Shown here: positions 5,684-14,868 of the stretch, one piece after another | How the letters are laid out: every line of letters begins with the position of its first letter | Position numbering within the stretch: the stretch's first letter is position 1 | Notes under the pieces: generated by a model | Databases searched by the model: none | Seen by the model: only the letters and a program-made list of their open reading frames with translations | What the model was told of the DNA's origin: nothing | Made by a program: the position numbers and the translations under genes | Origin: Deltaproteobacteria bacterium | GTDB lineage: Bacteria; Myxococcota; JACRCW01 | NCBI GenBank assembly: GCA_016218805.1 | Contig: JACRCW010000044.1 | Span: 59,437 to 79,436 of the forward strand | Reading direction: 5' to 3' | Length of the DNA stretch: 20,000 nt

Positions 5684-8662
5684 TTGAAGCCGTTCGAGTT
5701 CGGCCCGTATCTCATGCTGGAACGCCTGGCCATTGGTGGCATGGCGGAGGTGTGGCTGGCCAAGAACAAGGGCGCGGCCGGGTTTGAGAAGCTGGTGGCG
5801 GTCAAGCGCATCCTGCCCAACATCAGCGAGGACCAGGAATTCATCAACATGTTTGTGGACGAGGCGAAGATCGCCGGGCAGCTGGCGCACGCCAACATTG
5901 CCCAGATCTTCGACCTGGGGAAGCACGCCGGGTCGTATTACATCGCTTTGGAGTACGTACCCGGCATTGACGTGCGGTCCCTGTGGGAGCGCGTGCGGCA
6001 CCGCGGCGGGTTTCCGCTGGCCATGGCGTGTCACATTGTGTCCCGCCTGTGCGAAGGCCTGGACTACGCGCACCGCCGCAAGGACAGCCGCGGCAAGCCC
6101 ATGGGCATTGTCCACCGCGACGTCAGCCCGCAGAACGTCCTCATCAGCTTTGACGGCGACATCAAGATCATCGATTTTGGGATTGCCAAGGCGGCGCAGC
6201 GGTCCACGCGCACGCAGACGGGCATCCTCAAGGGCAAGTTTGCGTACATGGCGCCGGAGCAGGCGCGCGGGCAGCCCATGGACCACCGCGCGGACATCTT
6301 TGCCATTGGCGTCATCCTGCATGAGCTCATCACCGGCGAGCGCCTGTTCCGCGCCGACAGCGACTTCAGCCTGCTGGAAAAGGTGCGCAAAGCGGACGTG
6401 CAGACGCCGCGCGCCGTGCGGCCGGACACGCCGCCCGAGCTGGAGCGCGTGGTGATGAAGGCGCTGGCCGCCAAGCCGGAGGACCGCTACCCGTGGGCCT
6501 CTGCCATGCAGGCGGACCTGGAGCGCTACATGGTCACCTCGCGGCGCGGCGCGGGGCGCGAGGACCTGGCGCAATTTGTCCGGGACCATTTTGGCGAGGC
6601 GTACAAGCAGGAGCAGGCGCGCCAGAAGGCCGCGCAGGAGTTCTCGCTGTCCCACCTCAAGGCGGTGAGCAGCCAGACCACCGGGCCCGCCCGCAAGCCG
6701 GACGGCACCATGCTGTACGAGACCGGCGAGGTGGACCCGCTCACCAGCAGCGAGGCGGAGGGCAACACCGGCGTGGTGGACGAGCCGAGCCTGTCCGAGT
6801 CCACCGACGTGCACGACTCCGCCATTGAGGGGCCGGCCCCGGATCCGGACGAGTTTGGCGAGGATATGCCACCGACCCGCCCGATGGAGGGCGTCCACCG
6901 GGACGGGCTGCGGCCGGGAAAGGGCAAGCCGGCCGCGGCCGAACCGCCCGGCGTGCGCGCTGCGGACCGGCGGGCGCAGGCGCGCGGCGAACCCGAGGAG
7001 CCCGAGGACGGCAGCGCGACCGACCCGCGCATGGCGCGCGTGGACGACCAGGACCTGATGAACGCGGTGGCCGGCGCCACCATGGCGGAGGAGTCCAGCC
7101 CCGCGTTTGAGGAACCGCCGCGGCCCGCGCCCGCGCCGCGTGCGGACAAGGCGGAGAAGCCTGAGCGGCCCTCCCGTCCCGAGCCACTGCGCCCGCGTGA
7201 CGAGGGCAAGCCGGTCATGCGGCCCGCGCCGTCGTCACGCCCGGGCGGGGGCACGCGGTCCGAGGCCCCGGTGCGCGCGGAGGCGGTGCCCACGCGCGCC
7301 GAAGCGGCGCGCCGCGACGACGACAAACGACCCGACCCGTCCGCCCCCGCGGACCGTGGCCTGCGGCGGGAGATGTCCAGCAGGTCCATGTCCGCGCCGC
7401 CGGTGGCTGACCAGGCAACGATGGACGGCGCGAGTCATGCGGGCCGCTCCAGCGCGCGCCGGCCGGGGGTTCGGCATGACGAGCTGTCCTTCCCGGACAT
7501 GCCCACCGGCGAGGGCGGGCTGCACCAGGACTCCGGTGTGGACGAGTTTGTGGCGATGCCGACGGCGGCGGCGGTGCCCATCTCCAGCGCCTCTCCCGGA
7601 GCGGCGCCGGCCGCGCCGGCGGTGTCCTCCCCGGTGGAGCGCGTCAAGGCGCAGTCCGCTTCAGCCGAAATCAGTCTGCACTCCGCCAACACCAGCCCGC
7701 ACGTGCATCCCGTGCAGGACGCCCCCGGCCGCGGCGGCCTGAAGGTGGTGGCCGGGCTGGTGGTGGGGATGGCGCTGGGAGTGTCGCTGATGGCGGGACT
7801 GTTGTTCTCACCGCTGCTGGGGCGCGGGGCGGTGGTGGTGGTCACCGGCAATGAGCGCGCCCAGGTGCAGGTGGATGACGGGCCCGCGCGCGCCGGCGCA
7901 GTGGTGGCGATGATGATGCCCGCCGGGTCACGCAAGGTGACCATCATCCAGGAGGGCTACCGGCCGGACATCCAGGTGGTGGAGGTGCGCGCCTTTGAGG
8001 TGACGCTGGTCAGCTTTACCGCCACGCCCACGCGCGGGCGCCTGCGCATCAACACCACGCCGGTGGGCGCCACCGTGTTCCTGGACGGCAAGAAGCAGCC
8101 GGGCGTCACGCCCATGGTCATTGACGAGATGCCGCCCGACGGGGAACACGAACTCATCCTCAAACACCCCGAGACGCAGGACGAGAAGGCCACGGTGACC
8201 ACGGAGCAGGGCAAGGAGTTCAACGTGGCCAAGAACCTCAAGTTCCTGGTGACCCGCGTGGTGGTGGACAGTGACCCGGAGGACGCCAGCGTCATGGAGG
8301 GGCGCGAGTTCCGCGGCAAGAAGGGGATGCTGCGCGTGAAGCTGGGGCAGAAGACCGGCCTCAAGGTGGTCCGCCCCGGGTGTGACCCGCAGGAACTGGA
8401 GGTGACGCCCAAGGGCGAGCCCGTCATCAACGAGAAGGTGACGCTGACCTGCCCCGCGTTTGACGCGACCGTGAGCCTGGAGAGCCCGCCGGGAGCGACG
8501 CTGGCGATTGACGGCGTGGAGACGGGCCTCACGCTCCCGGTGATGGAGTACCGGATGCCCGTTGGGAAGCACCGGTTTGAGGTGGTTACCAAGGGCCGGG
8601 TCATTGCCTGGACGGAGAACGTGCTGCAGGGACCGCAGCATCTGGCCGTGCCGGAGCGCTGA
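5684..8662 (+). CDS. Membrane Ser/Thr protein kinase with extracytoplasmic PEGA-like repeats
   Basis: GGMAEV, VAVK, HRDVSPQN, DFGIAK and GKFAYMAPE, followed by a long disordered linker, a TM near 7740-7820 and PEGA motifs (GRLRINTTPVGATVFLDG-...-GVTP). Probable TTG start at 5684 after GGAG. Confidence 0.92.
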   Translation: MKPFEFGPYLMLERLAIGGMAEVWLAKNKGAAGFEKLVAVKRILPNISEDQEFINMFVDEAKIAGQLAHANIAQIFDLGKHAGSYYIALEYVPGIDVRSLWERVRHRGGFPLAMACHIVSRLCEGLDYAHRRKDSRGKPMGIVHRDVSPQNVLISFDGDIKIIDFGIAKAAQRSTRTQTGILKGKFAYMAPEQARGQPMDHRADIFAIGVILHELITGERLFRADSDFSLLEKVRKADVQTPRAVRPDTPPELERVVMKALAAKPEDRYPWASAMQADLERYMVTSRRGAGREDLAQFVRDHFGEAYKQEQARQKAAQEFSLSHLKAVSSQTTGPARKPDGTMLYETGEVDPLTSSEAEGNTGVVDEPSLSESTDVHDSAIEGPAPDPDEFGEDMPPTRPMEGVHRDGLRPGKGKPAAAEPPGVRAADRRAQARGEPEEPEDGSATDPRMARVDDQDLMNAVAGATMAEESSPAFEEPPRPAPAPRADKAEKPERPSRPEPLRPRDEGKPVMRPAPSSRPGGGTRSEAPVRAEAVPTRAEAARRDDDKRPDPSAPADRGLRREMSSRSMSAPPVADQATMDGASHAGRSSARRPGVRHDELSFPDMPTGEGGLHQDSGVDEFVAMPTAAAVPISSASPGAAPAAPAVSSPVERVKAQSASAEISLHSANTSPHVHPVQDAPGRGGLKVVAGLVVGMALGVSLMAGLLFSPLLGRGAVVVVTGNERAQVQVDDGPARAGAVVAMMMPAGSRKVTIIQEGYRPDIQVVEVRAFEVTLVSFTATPTRGRLRINTTPVGATVFLDGKKQPGVTPMVIDEMPPDGEHELILKHPETQDEKATVTTEQGKEFNVAKNLKFLVTRVVVDSDPEDASVMEGREFRGKKGMLRVKLGQKTGLKVVRPGCDPQELEVTPKGEPVINEKVTLTCPAFDATVSLESPPGATLAIDGVETGLTLPVMEYRMPVGKHRFEVVTKGRVIAWTENVLQGPQHLAVPER

Positions 8663-8671
8663 GGAGGGCGG

Positions 8672-10360
8672 ATGCGTCCGTCGGCATGGGGAGGGCTGGG
8701 CATGGTGGCGGCGTGGGCAGCAACAGCACAGGCGGGCGGACCGCTGCTGTACCGCGGGGCGCGCGTGGTCACGCTGGATGGCGCCGTGCCGGTGGCGGAG
8801 GCGGTCCTGGTGGACCACGGGCGCATCAAGACCGTGTACGCGCGCGCGCCGGCGGCGGCGCCGGCGGGGGCGGGCGTGGTGGAACTGCGCGGCGGCGTGC
8901 TGGTGCCCGGCCTGCACGACGCGCACGTCCACGTGGGCGGCGTGGGACGCGCGGCGCTCACGCTGGACCTGGTGGGAACGCGCAGCGCGGCGGAGGTGGT
9001 GCAGCGCGTGGCGGCGCGGCTGGAGGAGCGACCGGGCGGGATTCTCGTGGGGCGGGGGTGGGACCAGAATGACTGGGCCTGCGGCAAGCCCGCCGTGCCG
9101 CCGTGCGGTGGCACCATGCCCACGCGCGCGTTGCTGGACGCCGTGGCGCCGGACACGCCGGTGTTCCTGGAGCGCATTGACGGGCACGCCGCGTGGGTGA
9201 ACTCAGCGGCGTTGCGGCTGGCGGTGGAGGGAGGCGCCACCGCGCTCGCCCGCGGCGGCAGGGACCCTGAAGGCGGCCGCATCCACCGCGACGGCGCCGG
9301 CGAGGCGACCGGGATTCTCGTCGACAACGCGATGACGCTGGTGGAGAAACAGTTCCCCGCGGTGACGCCCGGGGAGTTGCAGCAGCAGTACCGCGCGGGG
9401 GCGCTGGCCGCGGCGCGCGCGGGGCTCACCAGTGTGCATGAGATGGGCGCGTCCCTGGCGGGGCTGGAAGCGCTGCGCGCGCTTGACCGGCGCGGCGAGC
9501 TGCCCGTGCGCGTGTTTGTGTACCTGGACGGGATGGAGGCGGGCGTGTTGGACGCGCTGCCCGCCGGCGGCATCCGCCGCGCGGAGGGCCGCGTGGAGGT
9601 GCGTGGGATCAAACTGTTTGCAGACGGCGCCATGGGCAGCCGCGGCGCGGTGATGCTGGCGCCGTACAGCGACGAGAAGGGGACGCGCGGGTTGTTTGTC
9701 ACCGAGCCCAAGGTGCTGGAGGCGCGCGCGCGTGCCGCCAACGACCGCGGCTTCCAGGTGGCCATCCACGCCATTGGTGACGCGGGCAACCGCGAAGTGC
9801 TGGGACTGTTTGCGCGGCTGGGGCGGGACGCGGCCGCGCGGCGGCACCGCGTGGAACACGCGCAGGTGGTGGACCCGCGGGACTGGCCCGCCTTCAAGGC
9901 GACGGGTGCGGTGGCCTCCATGCAGCCAACCCACGCCACGTCCGACATGCCGTGGGCGGAGAAGCGGCTGGGGCGGGACCGCCTGCGCGGCGCGTACGCG
10001 TGGAAGAGCCTGGCCGCGGCGGGTGCGCCGCTTGCGTTGGGCAGTGACGCGCCGGTGGAGGGCATCAGCCCGCTTTGGGGTCTTTACGCGGCCACCACGC
10101 GCATGGACCAGGACGGCACGCCCGGCGGCGGGTGGACCCCCGGCGAGAGGCTGAGCGCGGAGGATGCATTGCGCGGGTTCACGGTGGGTGCGGCCTGGGC
10201 CGTGGCCCGCGAGGGCGAGCTGGGCGTGGTGCGCGAGGGCGCGCTGGCAGACCTGACGTGGTTGTCCGTGGACCCACTCACCGCCGCACCCGCGGAGTTG
10301 CTGCGCGCCCGGGTGCTGGGCCGCATGGTGGACGGCGTCCTGGAACGGGCGGAGGACTGA
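8672..10360 (+). CDS. Exported amidohydrolase, YtcJ-like (Amidohydro_3)
   Basis: Signal peptide ending ATAQA, then PGLHDAHVH, GRGWDQ, DGHAAWVNS, GIKLFADG, HAIGD, RVEHAQ, ASMQPTH and GSDAPV. RBS GAGGAGG overlaps the kinase stop. Confidence 0.93.
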   Translation: MRPSAWGGLGMVAAWAATAQAGGPLLYRGARVVTLDGAVPVAEAVLVDHGRIKTVYARAPAAAPAGAGVVELRGGVLVPGLHDAHVHVGGVGRAALTLDLVGTRSAAEVVQRVAARLEERPGGILVGRGWDQNDWACGKPAVPPCGGTMPTRALLDAVAPDTPVFLERIDGHAAWVNSAALRLAVEGGATALARGGRDPEGGRIHRDGAGEATGILVDNAMTLVEKQFPAVTPGELQQQYRAGALAAARAGLTSVHEMGASLAGLEALRALDRRGELPVRVFVYLDGMEAGVLDALPAGGIRRAEGRVEVRGIKLFADGAMGSRGAVMLAPYSDEKGTRGLFVTEPKVLEARARAANDRGFQVAIHAIGDAGNREVLGLFARLGRDAAARRHRVEHAQVVDPRDWPAFKATGAVASMQPTHATSDMPWAEKRLGRDRLRGAYAWKSLAAAGAPLALGSDAPVEGISPLWGLYAATTRMDQDGTPGGGWTPGERLSAEDALRGFTVGAAWAVAREGELGVVREGALADLTWLSVDPLTAAPAELLRARVLGRMVDGVLERAED

Positions 10361-10361
10361 C

Positions 10362-11093
10362 GTGGTCACCACCGCGCTGTGGCTGGCGCTGTCCCTGGCT
10401 GCAACGGATGGCGCGCCGCCGCCCGCCACGCCCACGACGGGGGACAACTGCGCGGGTGACCTGTTGTGCTGGGGCCTGGGGGACCTGGAGGCGCCCCTGC
10501 AGGAACGCCGCCTGGCCATGCGCGTGCTCATGGGCGTGGTGCCGCTGGGCGTGTTGGTGGTGCCGCGCTTGTTGGTGGACGAGACCCGGCGCCCCGCATT
10601 CCGCGGTGGGCTGCGGCGCAGCACGTTGCTGCACGGGTGTGGTCCCTGCTCCGTCATGGCCTGCACGCCGCCCGCCGGATACTGCGGGGGGCTTCCGGTG
10701 GGCACCCTGCTGGGTGGCGTGCTGGGGCCGGTGATCCTGGCCATCGTCGGTGGTGTCGCCGGATTCATTGTCATTCCCGCGGGCGGCACGTGCCTGGGCG
10801 TGATGGCCGGCGGTGTGGTGGGCGTGGTGGTGGGCGCCGTGGTGGGCGCGGTGCTGGGGCTCACCCTGGGTTCCACGGCGGGTGTGTGCGGCACGGCCTG
10901 CCCGGTAGCGTTGTGGCAGCTCTACCTGGGCCCCACAACGGTGCTGCACGAATACAACCAGGCGCTGGGGTTGGAGCCGTATCGCCAGGCTCCCGCCGTT
11001 GTTGACCCGCCGACTCCGCCCCCGCAGGCGCCGCCCCCGCAGGCACCGGTTGCGCCTGCCCCCGCGCCCGACGAGGGCGTGACCGTGAAGTAG
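10362..11093 (+). CDS. Hypothetical membrane protein with signal peptide, Gly-rich hydrophobic repeats, several Cys and a Pro-rich tail
   Basis: GTG start 1 nt after the amidohydrolase stop with GGAGG upstream. GxxxG series GGVVGVVVGAVVGAVLGLTLG. Confidence 0.7.
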   Translation: MVTTALWLALSLAATDGAPPPATPTTGDNCAGDLLCWGLGDLEAPLQERRLAMRVLMGVVPLGVLVVPRLLVDETRRPAFRGGLRRSTLLHGCGPCSVMACTPPAGYCGGLPVGTLLGGVLGPVILAIVGGVAGFIVIPAGGTCLGVMAGGVVGVVVGAVVGAVLGLTLGSTAGVCGTACPVALWQLYLGPTTVLHEYNQALGLEPYRQAPAVVDPPTPPPQAPPPQAPVAPAPAPDEGVTVK

Positions 11094-11198
11094 CGGACGG
11101 TCAGCCGTTCGTCCGAGCGGAGGCTTGCATCGGTCATCGGGCGGCCGCGCGCGGCGCGGACGGACGGTTACGCTGTCACCTCGCAGAAGGAGGTGCCC

Positions 11199-11504
11199 GT
11201 GGTGTCGCTCGGCCGGCTGCAGTTCATGGAGGAAGGGCTTGTTGTGGGGCGGGGCGGAACGCGCAGCCTGCACGGGTACCAGGAGCCGCTGCACCGGGGT
11301 GAGCGCTTCCACGCGGAGCCAGTGCCGCCACCGTCCGGGAGCATGCTGGAGCACCGCTTCCGCGCCGTGGCCGCCGAAGCGCGCACGCGCGCCGCGTGGA
11401 TGGCGCGCTCCGCGTGCGCCGTCTCACCGGTGGACACGCTGGCCAGCATGTTGCGCGCCCTGGGCGAGGCCCTGCGGACCTTGGATACCTGCGAGCAGCG
11501 CTGA
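11199..11504 (+). CDS. Small hypothetical protein
   Basis: AAGGAGG RBS 5 nt before GTG 11199 and fairly G/C-biased codons. No recognisable motif. Confidence 0.4.
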   Translation: MVSLGRLQFMEEGLVVGRGGTRSLHGYQEPLHRGERFHAEPVPPPSGSMLEHRFRAVAAEARTRAAWMARSACAVSPVDTLASMLRALGEALRTLDTCEQR

Positions 11505-11543
11505 GACCTCACCAGGCGGGCACCGGGTCGGCTGGAGTCACGT

Positions 11544-11598
11544 TGTCCATGTGACAGCACAGTGTCATCATGACACCGGAGCAGCGGTCACAATGACA
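11544..11598. promoter_or_regulatory. Three tandem GT-N7-AC (GTCA-N3-TGAC-like) boxes, NorR-type enhancer-binding-protein sites
   Basis: TGTCC-ATG-TGACA (11544-11556), TGTCA-TCA-TGACA (11563-11575) and GGTCA-CAA-TGACA (11586-11598). Confidence 0.7.
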
Positions 11599-11631
11599 AC
11601 ACTGCCGGACCGCGCACGCCGGTGCGCGCGC

Positions 11632-11647
11632 TGGCACGCGCGGTGAA
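11632..11647 (+). promoter_or_regulatory. Putative sigma54 (-24/-12) promoter
   Basis: TGGCACG-CGCG-GTGAA has a perfect -24 element and correct spacing, but GA instead of GC at -12. It lies between the triple boxes and the hemerythrin gene. Confidence 0.55.
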
Positions 11648-11711
11648 GCAGGGCAGCTCCATGTTGCCCATGCTTCAATCACCAGCCGCTCTGACCTGCA
11701 GGAGAGCCACC

Positions 11712-12224
11712 ATGCAGACACCAACCACGGACTGTTCACCCGCTGGCGGGATCGCCGCGTTCCTGGAGGCGGACCACCGCCGGTTGGAAGCGCTGCTGGA
11801 CGCAGCGGTGCCGCCTGGCCGCGCCCCGGACCTGCTGGTGTACGCGCGCTTCCGGGAGGGGCTGCTGCGGCACATCGGATTGGAGGAGAAGATCCTGCTT
11901 CGCGCGGCGCGTGGCGCACTGGGCGCCCCGGTGCCGCGCGCGGACGTGCTGCGGCGGGACCACGGGGACATCACTTCGCTGCTGGTGCCAACCCCCACGC
12001 CGGACATCATCCAGCTGTTGCGCCGCATTCTTGAGGGCCACAACGCCATCGAGGAAGGACCCGGCGGGGTTTACGACGTCTGTGAGCGCGCGCTGGCAGC
12101 TCGGTCGGAAGAGATCATCAACCGGATGCAGCGTGCGCCCACGGTGCCCACGCTACCGTTCCAGGACGGCGAACGCGCGCTGGAAATCGTGGAGCGGATC
12201 CGGCGCAGCTGGGATGTGGCCTGA
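11712..12224 (+). CDS. Hemerythrin/HHE di-iron domain protein
   Basis: DHRRLE, RHIGLEEKIL, DHGDI and HNAIEE give the H...HxxxE...H...HxxxE ligand set. RBS GGAGAG before ATG 11712. Confidence 0.88.
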   Translation: MQTPTTDCSPAGGIAAFLEADHRRLEALLDAAVPPGRAPDLLVYARFREGLLRHIGLEEKILLRAARGALGAPVPRADVLRRDHGDITSLLVPTPTPDIIQLLRRILEGHNAIEEGPGGVYDVCERALAARSEEIINRMQRAPTVPTLPFQDGERALEIVERIRRSWDVA

Positions 12225-12236
12225 CCTTGCCGCGTC

Positions 12237-12974
12237 TCAACCCTGTTCCAGCTTGGCAATACGCGCTTCCAGCTTCCTGATCTCGTCCAGGATGGGACGG
12301 GTGAGCGCATCCGGCGCGCCCTCCATGTTCATCTCAATGAGGTCCGCTTCCAGCATGCGCTTGTCGTACTGGAGGCGCTCCACCGGCGTCATGGGCGCGG
12401 TGCGGTGGACGCCAAACCCCACGGACGGATTCAGCACGCGGGCGCTGTCAAACCCGCCGCGCACGGTCATGGCGCCGTTCTGCTGGGAGAGCACGCGCCG
12501 CTCCACCGAGTTGAAGATGCGCTCCGCGGTCATGCCCTTCTTCACGGGCACCGTCACCTTGAAACCACCGTATTCAAACGCCAGTGACCCGTCCTTGCCC
12601 GCGGTCTTGCCCTTCATCTGCAGGTTCAGGAAACGGCAGTACGTGTTGCCGTATTCGCCGGTCTCCACCGTCACGTGCTTGTCAAACGCCACCGTCAATC
12701 CCGGCACGCTGCTCTTGACGTCCAGCTTGCAGTCCAACAGTTCGCGGGACCACTCCGCGCTGCCGCGCAGCTCATCCACGGACGAATGGACCTCCGCGCC
12801 GCTCTTCTCAAACCGGTCATTCTTGAGCCGGCCCACCTTGTCCATGGCGCGCGCTTCCACGCGCGTGATCTTCTCATCCTTCTCCGCCATGCTCACAAGC
12901 CCGGCGGCGTCCCGCCCCTTGATGTGCGTCTTGTTGGCAAGCGCGCTGGCGCGCTGCTGGATGGTGGTGGCCAT
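12237..12974 (-). CDS. Hypothetical protein (245 aa) with a C-terminal coiled-coil-like helix
   Basis: RBS GGGGAG before ATG 12974 (MATTIQQ), coding-like composition and codon bias. The longer listed ORF is an antisense extension. Confidence 0.8.
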   Translation of the reverse strand: MATTIQQRASALANKTHIKGRDAAGLVSMAEKDEKITRVEARAMDKVGRLKNDRFEKSGAEVHSSVDELRGSAEWSRELLDCKLDVKSSVPGLTVAFDKHVTVETGEYGNTYCRFLNLQMKGKTAGKDGSLAFEYGGFKVTVPVKKGMTAERIFNSVERRVLSQQNGAMTVRGGFDSARVLNPSVGFGVHRTAPMTPVERLQYDKRMLEADLIEMNMEGAPDALTRPILDEIRKLEARIAKLEQG

Positions 12975-13058
12975 GGTGATCTCCCCGGGCGGGCCCGTGG
13001 CGCCGCCAGAATGGTTGGACGGCCGGAACTTCTTCTGCGGGAGAGGGAGTGTCAACGC

Positions 13059-13556
13059 TTGATATCCGGTCATGCCGCACCGCGCGCGCTGCTTCGCCGG
13101 TTGGACGTCCTGGCGGAAGCGGTGGATTCCTCCGGATTGCGTGCGGTCCTGGTGGGAAACGCCGCCGCGGTGTTGCACGGCGTTCCCGTCACCACGCATG
13201 ACGCGGACTTCCTGGTTGCGGATGGCCCCGGTGCCCGGCGCGCGCTGCACGACGTGGCGGAGCACCTCCGCTGCACGGTGACCCGGCCGTTCTTCCACGC
13301 GGGCCTGCGCTGGCGGCTGGCCGGGGGACCGCACGCCGTGCGGGCGGACTTTCTCACTGCATTGGACGGGTTCCGTCACCCGCGCGGCGTGCTTGCCCGC
13401 GCGGTGCTGCGCGCCGCGGGCGTGCGCGTGTTGCGCGTGGCCGCCCTGGAGGACATCTGGGTGACCAAAGTGGCGGCCGGCCGCCCGCGGGACCTTGAGA
13501 CGCTGCCGCTCATTGAAGCGGTGCTGGCCCAGCGCCTCACGGTCCAACCACGGTGA
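13059..13556 (+). CDS. Small Pol-beta-superfamily nucleotidyltransferase (AbiEii/DUF6036-like)
   Basis: LVGNAAAVLHGVPVTTHDAD (G-x-A-...-HG-...-TxDxD) and C-terminal ALEDIWVTKVAAGRPRDL. Probable TTG start after GAGGGAG; the start is uncertain. Confidence 0.78.
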   Translation: MISGHAAPRALLRRLDVLAEAVDSSGLRAVLVGNAAAVLHGVPVTTHDADFLVADGPGARRALHDVAEHLRCTVTRPFFHAGLRWRLAGGPHAVRADFLTALDGFRHPRGVLARAVLRAAGVRVLRVAALEDIWVTKVAAGRPRDLETLPLIEAVLAQRLTVQPR

Positions 13557-14868
13557 TCCCGTCGGTGGAGGTGCCGTCATTGCCCGCCGCGCGCACCTCA
13601 ACGCGGTGTTGGCCCGCGGAGGATGACACCGCGGCCACGCCCCGGAACACGCCCCGCCCGGCGGCGGTCAACGTCTGCCACGGGCCCTGGTCCACGCGCG
13701 TCTCCACTGTGGTGACGCCGGATGGTGCAAACGCCAGCGCGCGCACGTGCACCGCGCCAGCGGGCAGCAAGCCGGCGCGGGGGTTGGTGCCGCCCAGCGC
13801 GTGGTCCGCCGGGAGGGTGATCATCACCAGCGGCCAATCCACGCTGGGACTCTGCGCGGGATGCAGCGGCACCTCCCGTACGCGCGGGCCGCTGTCATCC
13901 ACGGCAGCCAGCATGAACGTGGAATCCCCGCCTTCCTTGCCAAACGTGCGCCCCTGCACCATCAGGGTGTTTCCCGTCCATTCCACCGCCGGGGTGTGGA
14001 CGTGACCGCAGAAGTAGAGCGGGGGTTGGAACCGCTCCAGGATTTGAAGCATGCGCGTGTCCGAACCCAACCGCAGGCGCTCCGGTCCCAGCACCGGGTG
14101 GTGCCCCAGCACAATGGTGAATGCTGCGGGCTCAGCCGCGTGCGCGTCGTTCAGCAGAGCCGCCTGCTGCGCCTCGCCAAACACGCCGGCGATGTTGGTG
14201 AAGTTGTTGGCGGAGTCCGCCGTGTTGGTGCGCAGCACGCGGACCCGGCCACGTGGTGTGTCCACAAAGACATGACCGTACAACCCGGCGCCGGCCCGCC
14301 CGGCGTTGGACTGCGCCAGGAAGTTGGGCGCACCGTCGTCCTTGACGTCATGGTTGCCCGGAATCTCCAGCCAACGCGGGTAGGCGGGTGCGCGCGTGTC
14401 CAGGGCCTCCCGGTAAGAGCTCCAAGCCCATGAATGGCCGCCATTGTCCGTGATGTCTCCGGTGTGGAAGGCAACGTCCGGGTCCACCACGGGGACCACG
14501 TCTTCCAGGAGGCTGGTCACCAGCGTGCTGCCGCCGTTGCCGCTGCCAAAGTGCGTGTCCGTCACGTGCACGAACCACGACGGGCCGCCGCCGCCGGTCC
14601 CGCCGTCCGGGGGTGTGGCGCCCGCGTCCACCACCGGGACCACACCGGAATCGGGCGTCACGGTTCCCGCGTCCACATCGGTGCCGCTGTCAGCGTGCGC
14701 GGGAAGACCCGCGTCCGGCACAGACCCGCTGCTGCCGGCATCCACGGCGGAAGCCGGCCCACCGCCGTCTTCTGCGCTCTCACTGAGCGGCGCTGCGGAA
14801 CACGCGGCAACCAGGAGCACCGCTGCGAGAGGGATTGTCCCTCCGGCACGACCAACCCTTTGGCGCAT
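13537..14868 (-). CDS. Calcineurin-like metallophosphoesterase lipoprotein with a C-terminal Ig-like domain
   Basis: GGAGG RBS, lipobox LVAAC, DAG/DSG-rich linker, and the DTH, TGDITD, PGNHD, GHHP and CGHVH motifs. The beta-rich tail is VETRVDQGPW-...-GQHRVEVRA. Confidence 0.9.
   Translation of the reverse strand: MRQRVGRAGGTIPLAAVLLVAACSAAPLSESAEDGGGPASAVDAGSSGSVPDAGLPAHADSGTDVDAGTVTPDSGVVPVVDAGATPPDGGTGGGGPSWFVHVTDTHFGSGNGGSTLVTSLLEDVVPVVDPDVAFHTGDITDNGGHSWAWSSYREALDTRAPAYPRWLEIPGNHDVKDDGAPNFLAQSNAGRAGAGLYGHVFVDTPRGRVRVLRTNTADSANNFTNIAGVFGEAQQAALLNDAHAAEPAAFTIVLGHHPVLGPERLRLGSDTRMLQILERFQPPLYFCGHVHTPAVEWTGNTLMVQGRTFGKEGGDSTFMLAAVDDSGPRVREVPLHPAQSPSVDWPLVMITLPADHALGGTNPRAGLLPAGAVHVRALAFAPSGVTTVETRVDQGPWQTLTAAGRGVFRGVAAVSSSAGQHRVEVRAAGNDGTSTDGITVVGP

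Noticed and set aside
7957..10894. Long minus-strand ORFs (702, 563 and 419 aa) and similar antisense ORFs elsewhere
   Set aside because: They are shadows of well-supported plus-strand genes in GC-rich DNA, are Arg/Ala/Pro-rich and carry no motifs.
11016..11045. 15-bp tandem duplication (CCGCCCCCGCAGGCG/A)
   Set aside because: It only encodes PPPQA twice in a low-complexity tail and is not an independent element.
11093..11112. Hairpin after the Gly-rich membrane protein gene as an intrinsic terminator
   Set aside because: The stem is short, relies on G-U pairs and has no U-tract.
12975..13601. N-terminal extensions giving the 454-aa (minus) and 293-aa (plus) ORFs
   Set aside because: Each extension is the antisense of the neighbouring gene. 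RBS-supported starts are at 12974 and about 13059.
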